Assembly: GCF_006345805.1 (NCBI RefSeq)
Contig: NC_043007.1
Coordinates: 37,882,001 to 37,946,000 of the forward strand
DNA from: Octopus sinensis
Taxonomy: Eukaryota
Direction of reading: 5' to 3'
DNA length: 64,000 bases
In this document: positions 53,194 through 64,000 of the stretch, piece after piece
Position numbering within the stretch: position 1 is the stretch's first letter
Layout: each line of letters starts with the position of its first letter
The notes under the pieces: model-generated
Databases searched by the model: none
Seen by the model: the letters and a program-made list of their open reading frames with translations, nothing else
What the model was told of the DNA's origin: nothing
Made by a program: the position numbers and the translations under genes

Positions 53194-54176
53194 CCCTACA
53201 ATGTCATTCTAAAAAAATATACAAAAATATACAAACATCGATGCCAGGACTGCCTGACTGGACCCCAAGACAGTGGCACATAAAAAGTACATCCGAACAT
53301 GGCCGATGCCAGTACCCTGACTGGCTCCTGTGCAGGTGGCACATAAAAAGCACTATCTGAATGTGATCGATGCCAGGACCGCCTGACCGACTCCTGTGCC
53401 AGTGGCACGTAAAAAGCACCCACTACACTCTCAGAATGGCTGGCATTAGGAAGGGCATCCAACTGTAGAAACACTACCAGATCAGATTGGAGCCTGGTGC
53501 AGTCACTGGCTATCCAGACTGCAGTCAAACCATTCAACCCATGCCAGCATGGAAAACAGACGTTAAACGATGATGATGATGATGCCATTGAAATCTCATA
53601 ACAACAAAGGTAATGCATGATTAATTCAAATTCAGAACAGTGTGAATAAATAAGCAATTCATTTGACAAAGAAATCTGAATGCTAAAGGATTAAATGATG
53701 TTTCAATTTTGAAGTGTGTGTGCATGCGTGCACATGCATGGGTAGTAAAAATTAAAAGAATCCATGAACCATAAAAATACCAAGTTTGTGCTTGGGTCTG
53801 GATTCCATGCTGCATGTGGAGTGAACCATGGCTGGATAGAAGAAGAGTATTTCACCAGTAAGGTTCTCAGAGTATTTAGTACCTGACCACATGTAATGGT
53901 ACAGAGTCACATAGAACTAAGTGCCATTTCAAAGATATAACAGACATACCGGATATGGACTCACAAATATTTAGATGATAGTCAGTCAAATACTTTATCT
54001 ATTCAAACACACTACCTCCTCATGTGTAGGGGGAGTGGAAGAGAAAGGGGAGGAGAAGGGGAACATGGAAAGGTAGAAGGGGAGAGCAAGGAAGAGGAGG
54101 AACAAGAAGGATACAGTGGCATGCAAATTTTGTGTGCATGTTCACGTGTGTGTGTGGTGTGTGTGTGTGTGTGTGT

Positions 54177-54214
<38 letters not shown>

Positions 54215-54996
54215 TTTATACATGCTGGTAGATATCTTATTTTTGAAAATAAAGATATCGGGGAAAGCTATTTATTTGAATGCTAACATCACACTGTTGA
54301 TTAGACAGAAATTAATTACGTCTGCAATACTAATTGGTCTAAAGTCCAGTAGTTAAAGTGAAAGCAGTGGGGGTGGGTTGGGGATCACATGATCAGAGAC
54401 AAAGACGGTTGGGGGGGGCACACTCTTTGGTAAAGAAGGTGTGTAAAGATATTAACCTTCAAATGACTTTCAGTATCTTGCTTTTCAGATATGTTTATTC
54501 AATAGAATATCAAAGTTCACTTTTGCCTTACAAATGGAGACTGTAATATTTCAGCTCTGTCAATAATGGAGTGATAGTGTCAGATTACAAGGAAATAAGT
54601 TCAATTACAGTTAGTATTTATAGGGCTATAGTGAGATGGTATTATTTGATAAGCATGTAAATTATCTTTCCCTAATGAAATCAAATACTGCTTTGGAATG
54701 CAGCAGACAAACCTCAGAAAAATCAAAGCAGCACTATCATAGAATGCCAAAAATGCAATCAGTGGACTCAATGCAGATTTCAGCACAATATGGCAGCCAT
54801 TGTGTAAAATATAGAAAATATAAAAAAGAGAAAAACCAGATTAAATATCCACTAAATTCGATAGATATTTGTATCAATGGACTGTGGCCTCATTGTAGCT
54901 CAACCACAATTACACCACACCACTCTGTTCTTTTGAAACTGATGACCTTACGTGAGATCGAGATATAAATGTAATCTTTGTTGATATACCACTTAA

Positions 54997-56072
54997 CCCT
55001 TTCGTTACCAAACGGCCCGAAAAAAATTTTGGTTAATGTGACCAAACCGCCCAAAGCCGCCCGAATTTACCTATTCATATTTAAATGAGAATATCAGAGC
55101 AAATCTCTTTAGTACACTCGTGAAAATACGTATTATACTTCGTAAAGAGTTCAACTACAGTTTTGTACAAAAATCGAAGTGTAATTTTAATTCCGTGAAT
55201 TTTGGGAAATTTTTTTCCGAAATTTGTTCCTATTGTGTTTTCAAAATTTGTAATTCTGACAAAAAATGGATACGAATTTCATTATATCAAGCAGCGAGTC
55301 AGAATTCAAAGTATTTTCTACTGAAGACCTTCATAAATCTAACTCTATGACTGAAAAAAAAAAGCATGTGGTATTTGATAATGAATCTGATGTTTCATTT
55401 TCCGAAAGTGAAAACAGTGAATCCGAGAGCTCCGACAGTGATAAAGAAAATGAATTGGTACCTGAATGGAGTGAAAATTTAAAAACTGTTTCTTTCAGTG
55501 ATTTTTCTGAAGAAACTGGACCAAGCCACAGACTTTCCCAGAAGAGTAAAGCCTTAGACTATTTCTTTTTACTTTTTCGAATGAGCCTATTTGAAATCAT
55601 TACGGCGGAAACGAACCGTTACGCTAAATGTAAACAAAACGAAAGAAAGGATCGTTAGTGGTTTCCCATAACCTTAAATGAAATTAAGACTATTTTGCCA
55701 TAAATATTATTATGGGTATCAGAAAGTTACCCAGAATAACAAATTCTATCGTAAAATTTTGTTGCATACCCAATTGAATATTAGCTAATAACCCATTTTC
55801 TATAGCGATGTTTGAACAAAATTTTAATAATTTTATATTTTGTTGAATTTACCTGTATCTACCTGCAATTAGAGTCACTTTGTGACAAAAATTATAGTAT
55901 AGAATTGGTTGAGAACATTTCATTAAATTATCTTCCAAAATTCACGTTAATATATTGATAAATAAAAAAGTTATAGTTGTTTAATGAAACCAGACTAAAT
56001 TTATGATTATGTTAGAAATTAATTGAAACACATAAGGGGTGTATTTTGGTCAGAAATATAGTAACAAAAGGG
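54997..56072 (+). mobile_element. Internally deleted piggyBac element with a transposase N-terminal pseudogene
   Basis: TTAA TSD at 54993-54996 and 56073-56076. TIRs ccctttcgttac / gtaacaaaaggg. ORF 55266-55658 has an acidic N-terminus, then FSEETGP...LDYFFLLF...IITAETNRYAK, followed by *WFPITLNEIK (PGBD/DDE_Tnp_1_7-like). Confidence 0.9.
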
Positions 56073-56335
56073 TTAAGTGAAACCCCACATCAGAGAAAAA
56101 AAGGGAAACCCTACTGACTGGCATAAAGTTGCTCACAGACATGTTCCGGCCACTGGCCCACAAGCAAGTTGTCTCCTTTCTCTGCATTTTACTACTGTTA
56201 CTATAATGGTTTCTGCTCTTCAGAGCTGGTTGGGTTCATGTTACTTTCATTCAGACATTCCCATCCCCCTCATCTCTCTTCCTTTTATCACCCTTGTATC
56301 CAACCCCATCAGGCCCCACACTCATCACTACACTG

Positions 56336-56753
56336 GGATCTTTTCAGTTTGAATGGCAGTTTTTTAAAATAATTTCCACGTAACTAAACACTTTTAAACT
56401 TCGTATACTGGCAGAATGTGTTTATAAAACATCTTTTTCTATTGGCTTTATTGAGAAAATTCTATAGTTTGTAAGGTATTTGTTGTTTTTTTTTCTTCAA
56501 TTTCTGCAATTTCAACCAATCAATGACGTGTATTGAGGTGAAAACATTCTGTGCTGTATGAATATGTCCTTCGTTTAAGAAACAGTTTGGGTTTATTTAC
56601 ATTTCTGAAGAAAAAAAGATACCCTTCCCACCACCATTAACCCTAACCCTAAAACAGATTGAAATGCAATAGATCGATACTAGGGTCATAATTATGGGTG
56701 ACAATTTCATATGGCACCGCTAGAAAAAACTGAAGTTCAAACCAAAAAGATCC
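56336..56753. mobile_element. GGATC-ended element with 8-bp TSD, opposite orientation to the 17272 copy
   Basis: TSD ctacactg at 56328-56335 and 56754-56761. 418 bp, with no SINE insert. Confidence 0.9.
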
Positions 56754-57211
56754 CTACACTGTCCTTCTATCCCAGAACATCGAGCCTCAGGAATTCCACC
56801 CTTACTGCTCGTGTCTTTTCTTTTCTACAAGTGTTTATTTACAAGGGTTCAAGAGGAGCATGAATGACATCAATTTCAATGGTTGAGGAAATCCTGCCAA
56901 GAAAATAGACATTGCCCTTTCTGGCAGACCCAGCAAGTAATAAACGAATACTAATTGTTTCAAATTTTGGCAGAAGGACAACAACCTTAAGTGTAGGGAG
57001 ATAATCAATTATATCCCCCCTGTATTTGACAGGTGCTTTATTCACTGATTGCAGGAGAATGAAAAGCAAAATTCACCTTGATGAAATTTGAACACTTTGT
57101 GGAAAAAATACCACAAAGTATGTTACCCAATGCTCTAACATTTCTACCAGCTTACCACCACCACCACCTTCTGCAAGTTGATGTTCACAGAAGTGGAAGA
57201 CACAGAAGGAA

Positions 57212-58492
57212 CATCCCATAAGTTCTGTCTGATTTTACCTTTTTTAAAATTGAATGAAATTTAATAGTATTTTAGAATGTCTAATGGAATTAGAAATTAT
57301 TTTTATGCATTTGTGTACATTTAAACTAATTAAATATTATTTTAGAGAATAATAGAATAAAAATTTCTTTGATTAAAACCCTTTCTAACATAGAAGTATC
57401 CAAAGAGCATTTAAGGCACATAATGCTTTATGAGTACAAAAACGGAAACTCTGCAGCCAAAGCAACTCGAAACATACATTCAGTTTTTGGGAAAGAATGC
57501 TTGAATGAAAGAACTAGCAGAAGATGGTTTGCAAAATTCATAAGTGGAGATTTCAGCCTTGAAAATGAAGATCGAACAGGATGTCCAGTTGAGTTTGATA
57601 AGCACCTTGAGGCATTACTTGAAGAAAATCCTGCATTATCAGTTGAAGAATTGGCAATAAAGCTTAGTTCAAACCATACGACTGTTCATCGTCATCTTCA
57701 ACAACTTGGAAAGATTCGTAAACTTGGAAAATGGGTGCCTCATGAATTGTCCGAAAGCAACCACAAATCCCGAGTTGACATCTGCTCTTCTCTCCATTCT
57801 CGTGAACTCATTTTACCCTTTTTAGAAAGACTTGTGACTGGTGACAAAAAAATCGATCTTCTATCGAAATGTTAAACGTCGTAAACAGTGGCTTGGTAAA
57901 AGGGGAAAAGCTCAACCACAACCGAGAAGGGAACTTCATGGGAAAAGGGTTCTTCTCTCTATCTGGTGGGACTACAAAGGAGTAATTCACTTTGAATTAT
58001 TACCACCTAATGCAACAATCAATGCTCAAGTCTACTGTCAGCAATTAGAGCATTTGAACCAATATTTGAAGAAAAAACAATGCGCTTTAGTGAATCGAAA
58101 AGGAGTGATGTTTCGTCAGGACAATGTGCGACCCCACACTGCAAAGATTACATCACAGAAGATCGAAGAACTTGGTTAGGAAAAATTCCTTATCCACCTT
58201 ATTCTCCCAACCTTGCTCCTTCAGACCACCATTTGTTTCGTAGTTTACAGAATCATTTGGGGGACATAACTTTCGCAAGACAGGAGGAGATCGAAACTGA
58301 CATTTCATAGTTTTCCGCTTTGAAACCAAAAGAGTTTTAAATTGATGGGATTAAAAAGCTTGTAAATAGATGGAAGGAAGTAATAGATTATCAAGAAAAG
58401 TACATTGATGATTAAATTTCAATTAAATATAACATTTGATCACTTGTTTTCTTTATTCAAAATTCGGACAGAACTTATGGGATGACTTGATA
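57212..58492 (+). mobile_element. Mariner (DD34D) element with a frameshifted transposase
   Basis: Three overlapping ORFs (57369-58310) carry WVPHEL, VTGD, QDNVRPH and YSPNLAPSD, with 34-residue D-D spacing across one frameshift. TIR catcccataagttctgtctgatttt (57212-57236) matches 58459-58484. Confidence 0.92.
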
Positions 58493-60234
58493 TATAAGAA
58501 GGATTGAGTAAATCTCTAGGCTAGGTTTGAACTTGAAGCTTATATTTCTCCTAAAGGGATTTTTTAATGTTTTTAATTTAAAGATTTTGCTGTTGTTTAA
58601 CTCATAAGTCTGGTCACTGAGTATGGAGTTTGGGTATGTGACACAACAGTCTTAACAACTAGAGCTTGTGTGTGTGTGTGTGTGTGAATCTTTATGTTTA
58701 TACAACCCCCACCCACTGCCTGACAATCAGTATTGGTTAGATCATGTCCCCATAACTAACAGTTCAACAAAGAGAGACTGGTATAATAAGTACTCCCAGC
58801 CTTAAAAAGTACTGGGGCTGATTTGTTCCACAAGACCTTTCAGTGCAATGCCCCAGCATGGCTATGGTCTAATGACTGAAACAAGTAAAAGATAAAAATA
58901 AAACCTTTTAAGTTTAAACCCATCCCAGAGATTTGCTACATTCAGGAATACGACAGGCGAAAATGGTCAGGGAATAGATGAAACAAAGTTCAACATAAAA
59001 CAGAGAAACATGAGAAAAAGTGCCGTTAACTGTTCAGTTGTGATGTAGAAGTTGTTACTGAGCTACGTGCTTTGCTCATGAGCTCAACACAATGATAATG
59101 AAATTTCAAGTCATGACCATGTGTCATGACTTGAAGTATATAAACCTGATAACCTACATCCTTTTGGCCTGTGTCATATACAAAATTGATAAATGCATAT
59201 ATAATAGCTTATTATATTATATAGTATATATATTATATACTAGTAGTATATATATTATATATTTATATAGGTGTGTGTGTGTGTGTGTATGTGCATATTT
59301 AAAATCACATACACACCACATAATACATGTACGAGTGGGGGTATATATTACAAGATTTAATCAAAATGCAAACCAAATTACACAGAAAGCTTGTTAGTCT
59401 CATTATCATAAGCATAACTAATGACTTTTGCTACTTAACTTCCTTACCTATTAATAGTACATACTTATTCAGTCACACACAATTTTATATGCACACACAC
59501 ACACAAATGTATACTGCATAAACATATAAAACAAGGAACACATATACATATATACACAAAGACCAGAACAAACAGAATGAAAGCAGTCCATCATATACAC
59601 ATACACAAATGGATACAAATACACATACATGTATGCATTACCTAAACTCCTTTGACTCACTCACGCATATGCAAAGGCACAAATAGGAGTTATATTAGTT
59701 CTATATACACACACAACTTTCAACTCCCAAGACCAGCTTATGGCTTACAGTGAAGGACACTTCAATTAACAAGGCACCAGACATATTACGTAATATCTCA
59801 CTTCCTTTCTATAAACTGTTACTAGAGAGAGAAGGGGTGAAGTACAGAAAAATGAAATACCCAAATTAACATGCCACCACCACCACCACCACTACCATCA
59901 ATCAGAATTAACCCCAAGCCAACAAGGGAGCCTAAATGTGGACACAGAGTCTGCTAGAAACTGTGGTTAAGTCTCCCATAAAATACTTTTGGAAAAACGT
60001 TTAAAAACAAACACAATGAATATGTAATTCTATATTTGGATTTAAAAAAAAACAGGATGATTATGGTTAGAATGTCCAAATTTCCTTCAATTTATATCCT
60101 AAAAGAGCAGAATATATTGGATAATATAGGCTGAAATAAACTAAATTTCAATTTTAATTTACTAAGCCTTTTTTTTTATTTTAACCATCTCTCTCTTGGG
60201 GCTCCTTAAAAATTACTGCATAGGTTTATTTTAA

Positions 60235-60449
60235 CCCTTTTGTTACTGAATTTATTTTGAGATGCTCTGTGTTTCTTTCAATTACTTTAAATATAATAAA
60301 GAATTTAGTAAAATTTAGTAAAAGAATTTAGTGTTAGGAACATAAATTGTGACTAAGGTTTGGTGGAAGATTTTAATTCAAAACTTATGAAAACGAGACA
60401 TTTGTATTGAGAGCCAGAGTCGGTTTCAGCCGGGTTGGTAATGAAAGGG
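60235..60449. mobile_element. piggyBac MITE related to the 54997-56072 element
   Basis: TTAA-cccttttgttac ... gtaatgaaaggg-TTAA. Subterminal similarity to both ends of the larger element. Confidence 0.85.
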
Positions 60450-60773
60450 TTAAAAGAATGAAGCAAGCATGGAAAGTGGACATTAAAATGATGATGATAA
60501 TTGTAATGAATGTTGACCCTGCAATCTTTATAATGTACGACAATGTCAATGCTATAACAATCACTAGATTAAAGATAACAATGGTGTACATAAACATTCT
60601 TAATACATTTCAATAGATTTAAATGTGAATATGCTAATCGCTGTCATATTTCATCTTCAGAGAATGCCTTCGCCTTTCAAACAGTGTATGTTTAGAATAA
60701 AGATAGCTTGCAAACTAATTATCCCAAGATTTACATGCCAAAATTATTTTAATAAGTCCAGATTTATGAGTAA

Positions 60774-61164
60774 CTAGCAGTATCGCCCAGCGTTGCTCAA
60801 GTTTGTTTCAACCCTTTAGAATTGGAAGTTTTGAAAAGTAAAAATTTTGCATTATGTAGCTTGTTATTCTCTTTAAGTGAACATTTCTCTGGTTGAAATA
60901 CACCGAAAAATGGCGACACAGCAGTAAAAAATCGTAACAAATAGGGATTTTCATAGAAAAAAAGCACCTTTTTGATGTAAGTAATTTTTGGTGTTAACAT
61001 GGTCCGATTTGAATTTTTTCTTCTACAGAAGGAAGAGCAAACCTTCTTCTATCATACTCTCAATTTTGGTCAACTTGCGCCGCAGGGTCTCAGAGGAGAT
61101 AGTGTTAGTTGAAGGCTACCAAACCTGCCATACACAGGCAACTTCAGCTTTATATATAGAGAGA
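60774..61164 (-). mobile_element. Non-autonomous Helitron
   Basis: Minus strand runs A|TCTCTCTATATATAAAG ... gagcaacgctggg, then cgatactgCTAG|T. Same termini type as 16274-16787 with a different interior. Confidence 0.75.
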
Positions 61165-64000
61165 TTAACAAAATCAATGTACATATATTTATTTCCAGCT
61201 AAGTTAGAGACTTACAAAAAATTTTTTCCAATAAAAGTGCTGAACATTACTGAAAAACATAGCTTTTTATGAAAAAGTTTCCTATTTCTGAGTGTATCCA
61301 ATTCAATAAAACTTTAAGGTTCCTACTCTGGGACATTCTAAGTGCAGAAATTCAATGTAAAATAATGTCAGATAAAATATCCCATGGTATTTATTTCAAC
61401 TTTCTGTGCTCTTTGTACAAATTCCATCAAGGTCAACTTTGCTTTTTATACTTTTGAGGGTTTATTTTAAAAATGTATTAACCCAGAGCAGCAGATTAGT
61501 TGAACTGAAGGAATATTGGATTAGATACTTTGTGATATTTGTTCTGACCCTTTGCCTTCTGAGCTAAAATCCCACTGTAGCTTACTCGGTTAAAAGACTT
61601 AATCCATTGATCAGTTTAACCCCACCAATATAGCATCCAAATCTACCTCAAATTTTTTCTACAGTCTTAAAAGCAAAAGCAGATATTGTATAACAGATTC
61701 TCAGATATCCTGGAAAAGACAAGAGAATCGTAGCTGGAATGCATTTCATCACAGGTTTGCTCAATTGGGAATAGCCTGGGGTTAAAAAACAATAAAAGCA
61801 ATAAATATATAAGTTTAGGGTTATTTCATTAAATCCCTCTAAATCCTAAATATATTAGAAATTAATTAAAACACTTTGGCAGTTTTACTCATCAGAAATA
61901 CACTCATGCGAAGATTAAAAGAACAGTGAGAAAGTAGGGTTCTTTTATGCGTGCTTATTTTTAATTAAAAATCAGCCAGATTGTGAAAGTACAAATGACC
62001 CAAGTCCCTCATCTCAAGAAGAAAACAACCTTCATTAACTCCTTCCATGCCCATGCCATAGAACTCACCTCTACCACCTCCACCAGCTCTCTCAACTTCT
62101 TGGTCATCTCAATTTCTGTTGAACACCAATCTCTCTCCACTGGTGTCTTTTACAAACTCACTGATTCCCATTTCTACATAGATTTCACTTCATAGCACCC
62201 CATTCATACTGAACTGGCTACCCCTACTCACAATTCCTCTGCATCTACTGCCAATATAGTCAAGTCAGAGTTTAAAGACCAGTCATACCATAAAGTCCAT
62301 TTCTTTCTACAATGATTTTATATATATATATATAGTGTATGGTAAGGTCAAGAAAAAAGAAATAGTTCATCTAGTGAGAGATAAATATTTTTTAATAAAC
62401 ACAATATATATTTATGTGCTCATATTCTCAGCACATGAAACTAATAGTTGCACATAAAAATATATATTGTATTTAATAAAATTTTATATATATATATAGT
62501 GGAGGCGCAATGGCCCAGTGGTTAGGGCAGCAGACTTGCGGTCGTAGGATCACGATTTCGGGCATTGTGAGTGTCTATTGAGCAAAAACACCTAAAGCTC
62601 CACGAGGCTCTGGCAGGGAGTGGTGGTGAACCCTGCTGTACTCTTTCACCACAACTTTCTCTCACTCTTTCTTCCTGTTTCTGTTGTGCCTGTATTTCAA
62701 AGGGCCAGCCTTGTCACACTCTGTGTCATGCTGAATCTCCTCGAGAATTACATTAAGGGAGTCTGTGGAGTGCTCAGCCACTTGCATGTTAATAAATGAG
62801 TTGTGACGTCACTGGTGCCAAGCTGTATTGGCCTTTGCCTTTCCCTTGGATAACATCGGTGGCATGGAGAGGGGAGGCTGGTATGCATGGGTGACTGCTG
62901 GTCTTCCATAAACAACCTTGTCCAGACTTGTGCCTCAGAGGGTAACTTTCTAGGTGCAATTCCATGGTCATTCATGACTGAAGGAGGTCACATATATATA
63001 TAAATTATCTTTTAGTCAGGAAAGAAGGCAGTTCCCATGACCTTTCTCAGAGCCTGCAAGCCTGATAAAAGGTATGGAGGAAGGTATCCTCAAAATAGGG
63101 ATCGTCTCTGAATGCTAGCAACAGAGTGGATGCTGCCAAGAACACCTAAAGTGCCAGGTGGTGGTATTAAACTAGGTAACATGTTGTGTAACACCCAAAT
63201 AAGCCATGGTGGGATTTGAACTCAGAATGCAGAGAACCAGAACATGTGTCACAATGCATCCAATAAGACACTGTTACAGTTCCACCAATCCATAGCCTTA
63301 GATTGGTACTTATGTTTCTCATCGATTCTGAAAGGGTGAAAGGCAAAGTTGACCCCGGTAGGATTTGAACTCAGAGCAGCAAGAATCAGAACAAATGCAG
63401 CAAGATATTTTGTCTAACATTCCAATGAATCTGACAGCTATCATGCTATCACCACTGACCATACTGCCTGCTGTTTATTCAATTCATCACCAAACCAATC
63501 TTCCCTTACCCTCCACTGTCAACCCTGCTGCTCAACCCCTCCAGCATAACATTGCACAACACTTCCGTCTTCTCCAAAATGACCCTGCTAGCTCTCACTT
63601 CTCTCCAGAACACACACTCCTCTCAACAATAATTCTGGGTGATCTTCTAGTCCAGTTACTTCATTTCTCACCATATGGTCTGGAACCTAGCCTATCCACA
63701 CACACATATATATATACATCTCATCTCTCTCTCTATATATATATATATATATACACACACAAAAAATTAAATACAAAATGGGACAAGAACGCAAAACATT
63801 CAGACAACTAAGTGATACAAAAGGGGGCAACAAAACATCCAGATAGACAATACAAAAAAAAACACGGAAGGGTCATTCGAAGGCTTTTATCTTCAGTCAA
63901 GAACTGGATCATCCTCACAATTTCAGCTGATTAATCTTGAGATTGCTCCAATCTGGCCAGCCCCAAGGAAAAACTAAGCTAAGAGCATTAGATTCCTTGG

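Noticed and set aside
63365-63811. 148-aa ORF
   Set aside because: It starts inside a SINE and ends in a microsatellite, with no recognisable domain.
63860-63900. Minus-strand CTGAAGA...GAA in a possibly Penelope-related end
   Set aside because: GAAA is incomplete, there is no valid helix II loop, and the element runs off the window.

Overview
AT-rich, repeat-saturated eukaryotic non-coding DNA, most likely a coleoid cephalopod such as Octopus. That is an inference from the tRNA-derived SINE families and the dense (CA)n/(TA)n/(CAT)n/(AAT)n microsatellites. No host protein-coding gene can be supported; most listed ORFs are microsatellite read-through or transposase/RT fragments. Supported content: a decayed Penelope-like retroelement; RTE- and CR1-type LINE 3' ends; mariner (DD34D), maT-like (DD37D), piggyBac, hAT and pogo relics; three Helitrons; a GGATC-ended DNA-element family with perfect 8-bp TSDs and telomere-like TTAGGG/G-run cores; many SINEs; 32-bp and 63-bp minisatellites; and a 100-N gap. 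The most interesting signal is a set of minimal type I hammerhead-ribozyme-like motifs. One sits in a 355-bp partially tandem unit flanked by a 12-bp duplication (retrozyme-like, 1902-2385). Two face each other in a long inverted repeat (48165-48545). A remnant lies at the Penelope 3' end. Each deviates from the canonical core, mostly by G>A changes, so activity is unproven. A candidate RFX X-box promoter lies near 22.7 kb. All alignments were done by eye and element edges without a TSD are approximate.
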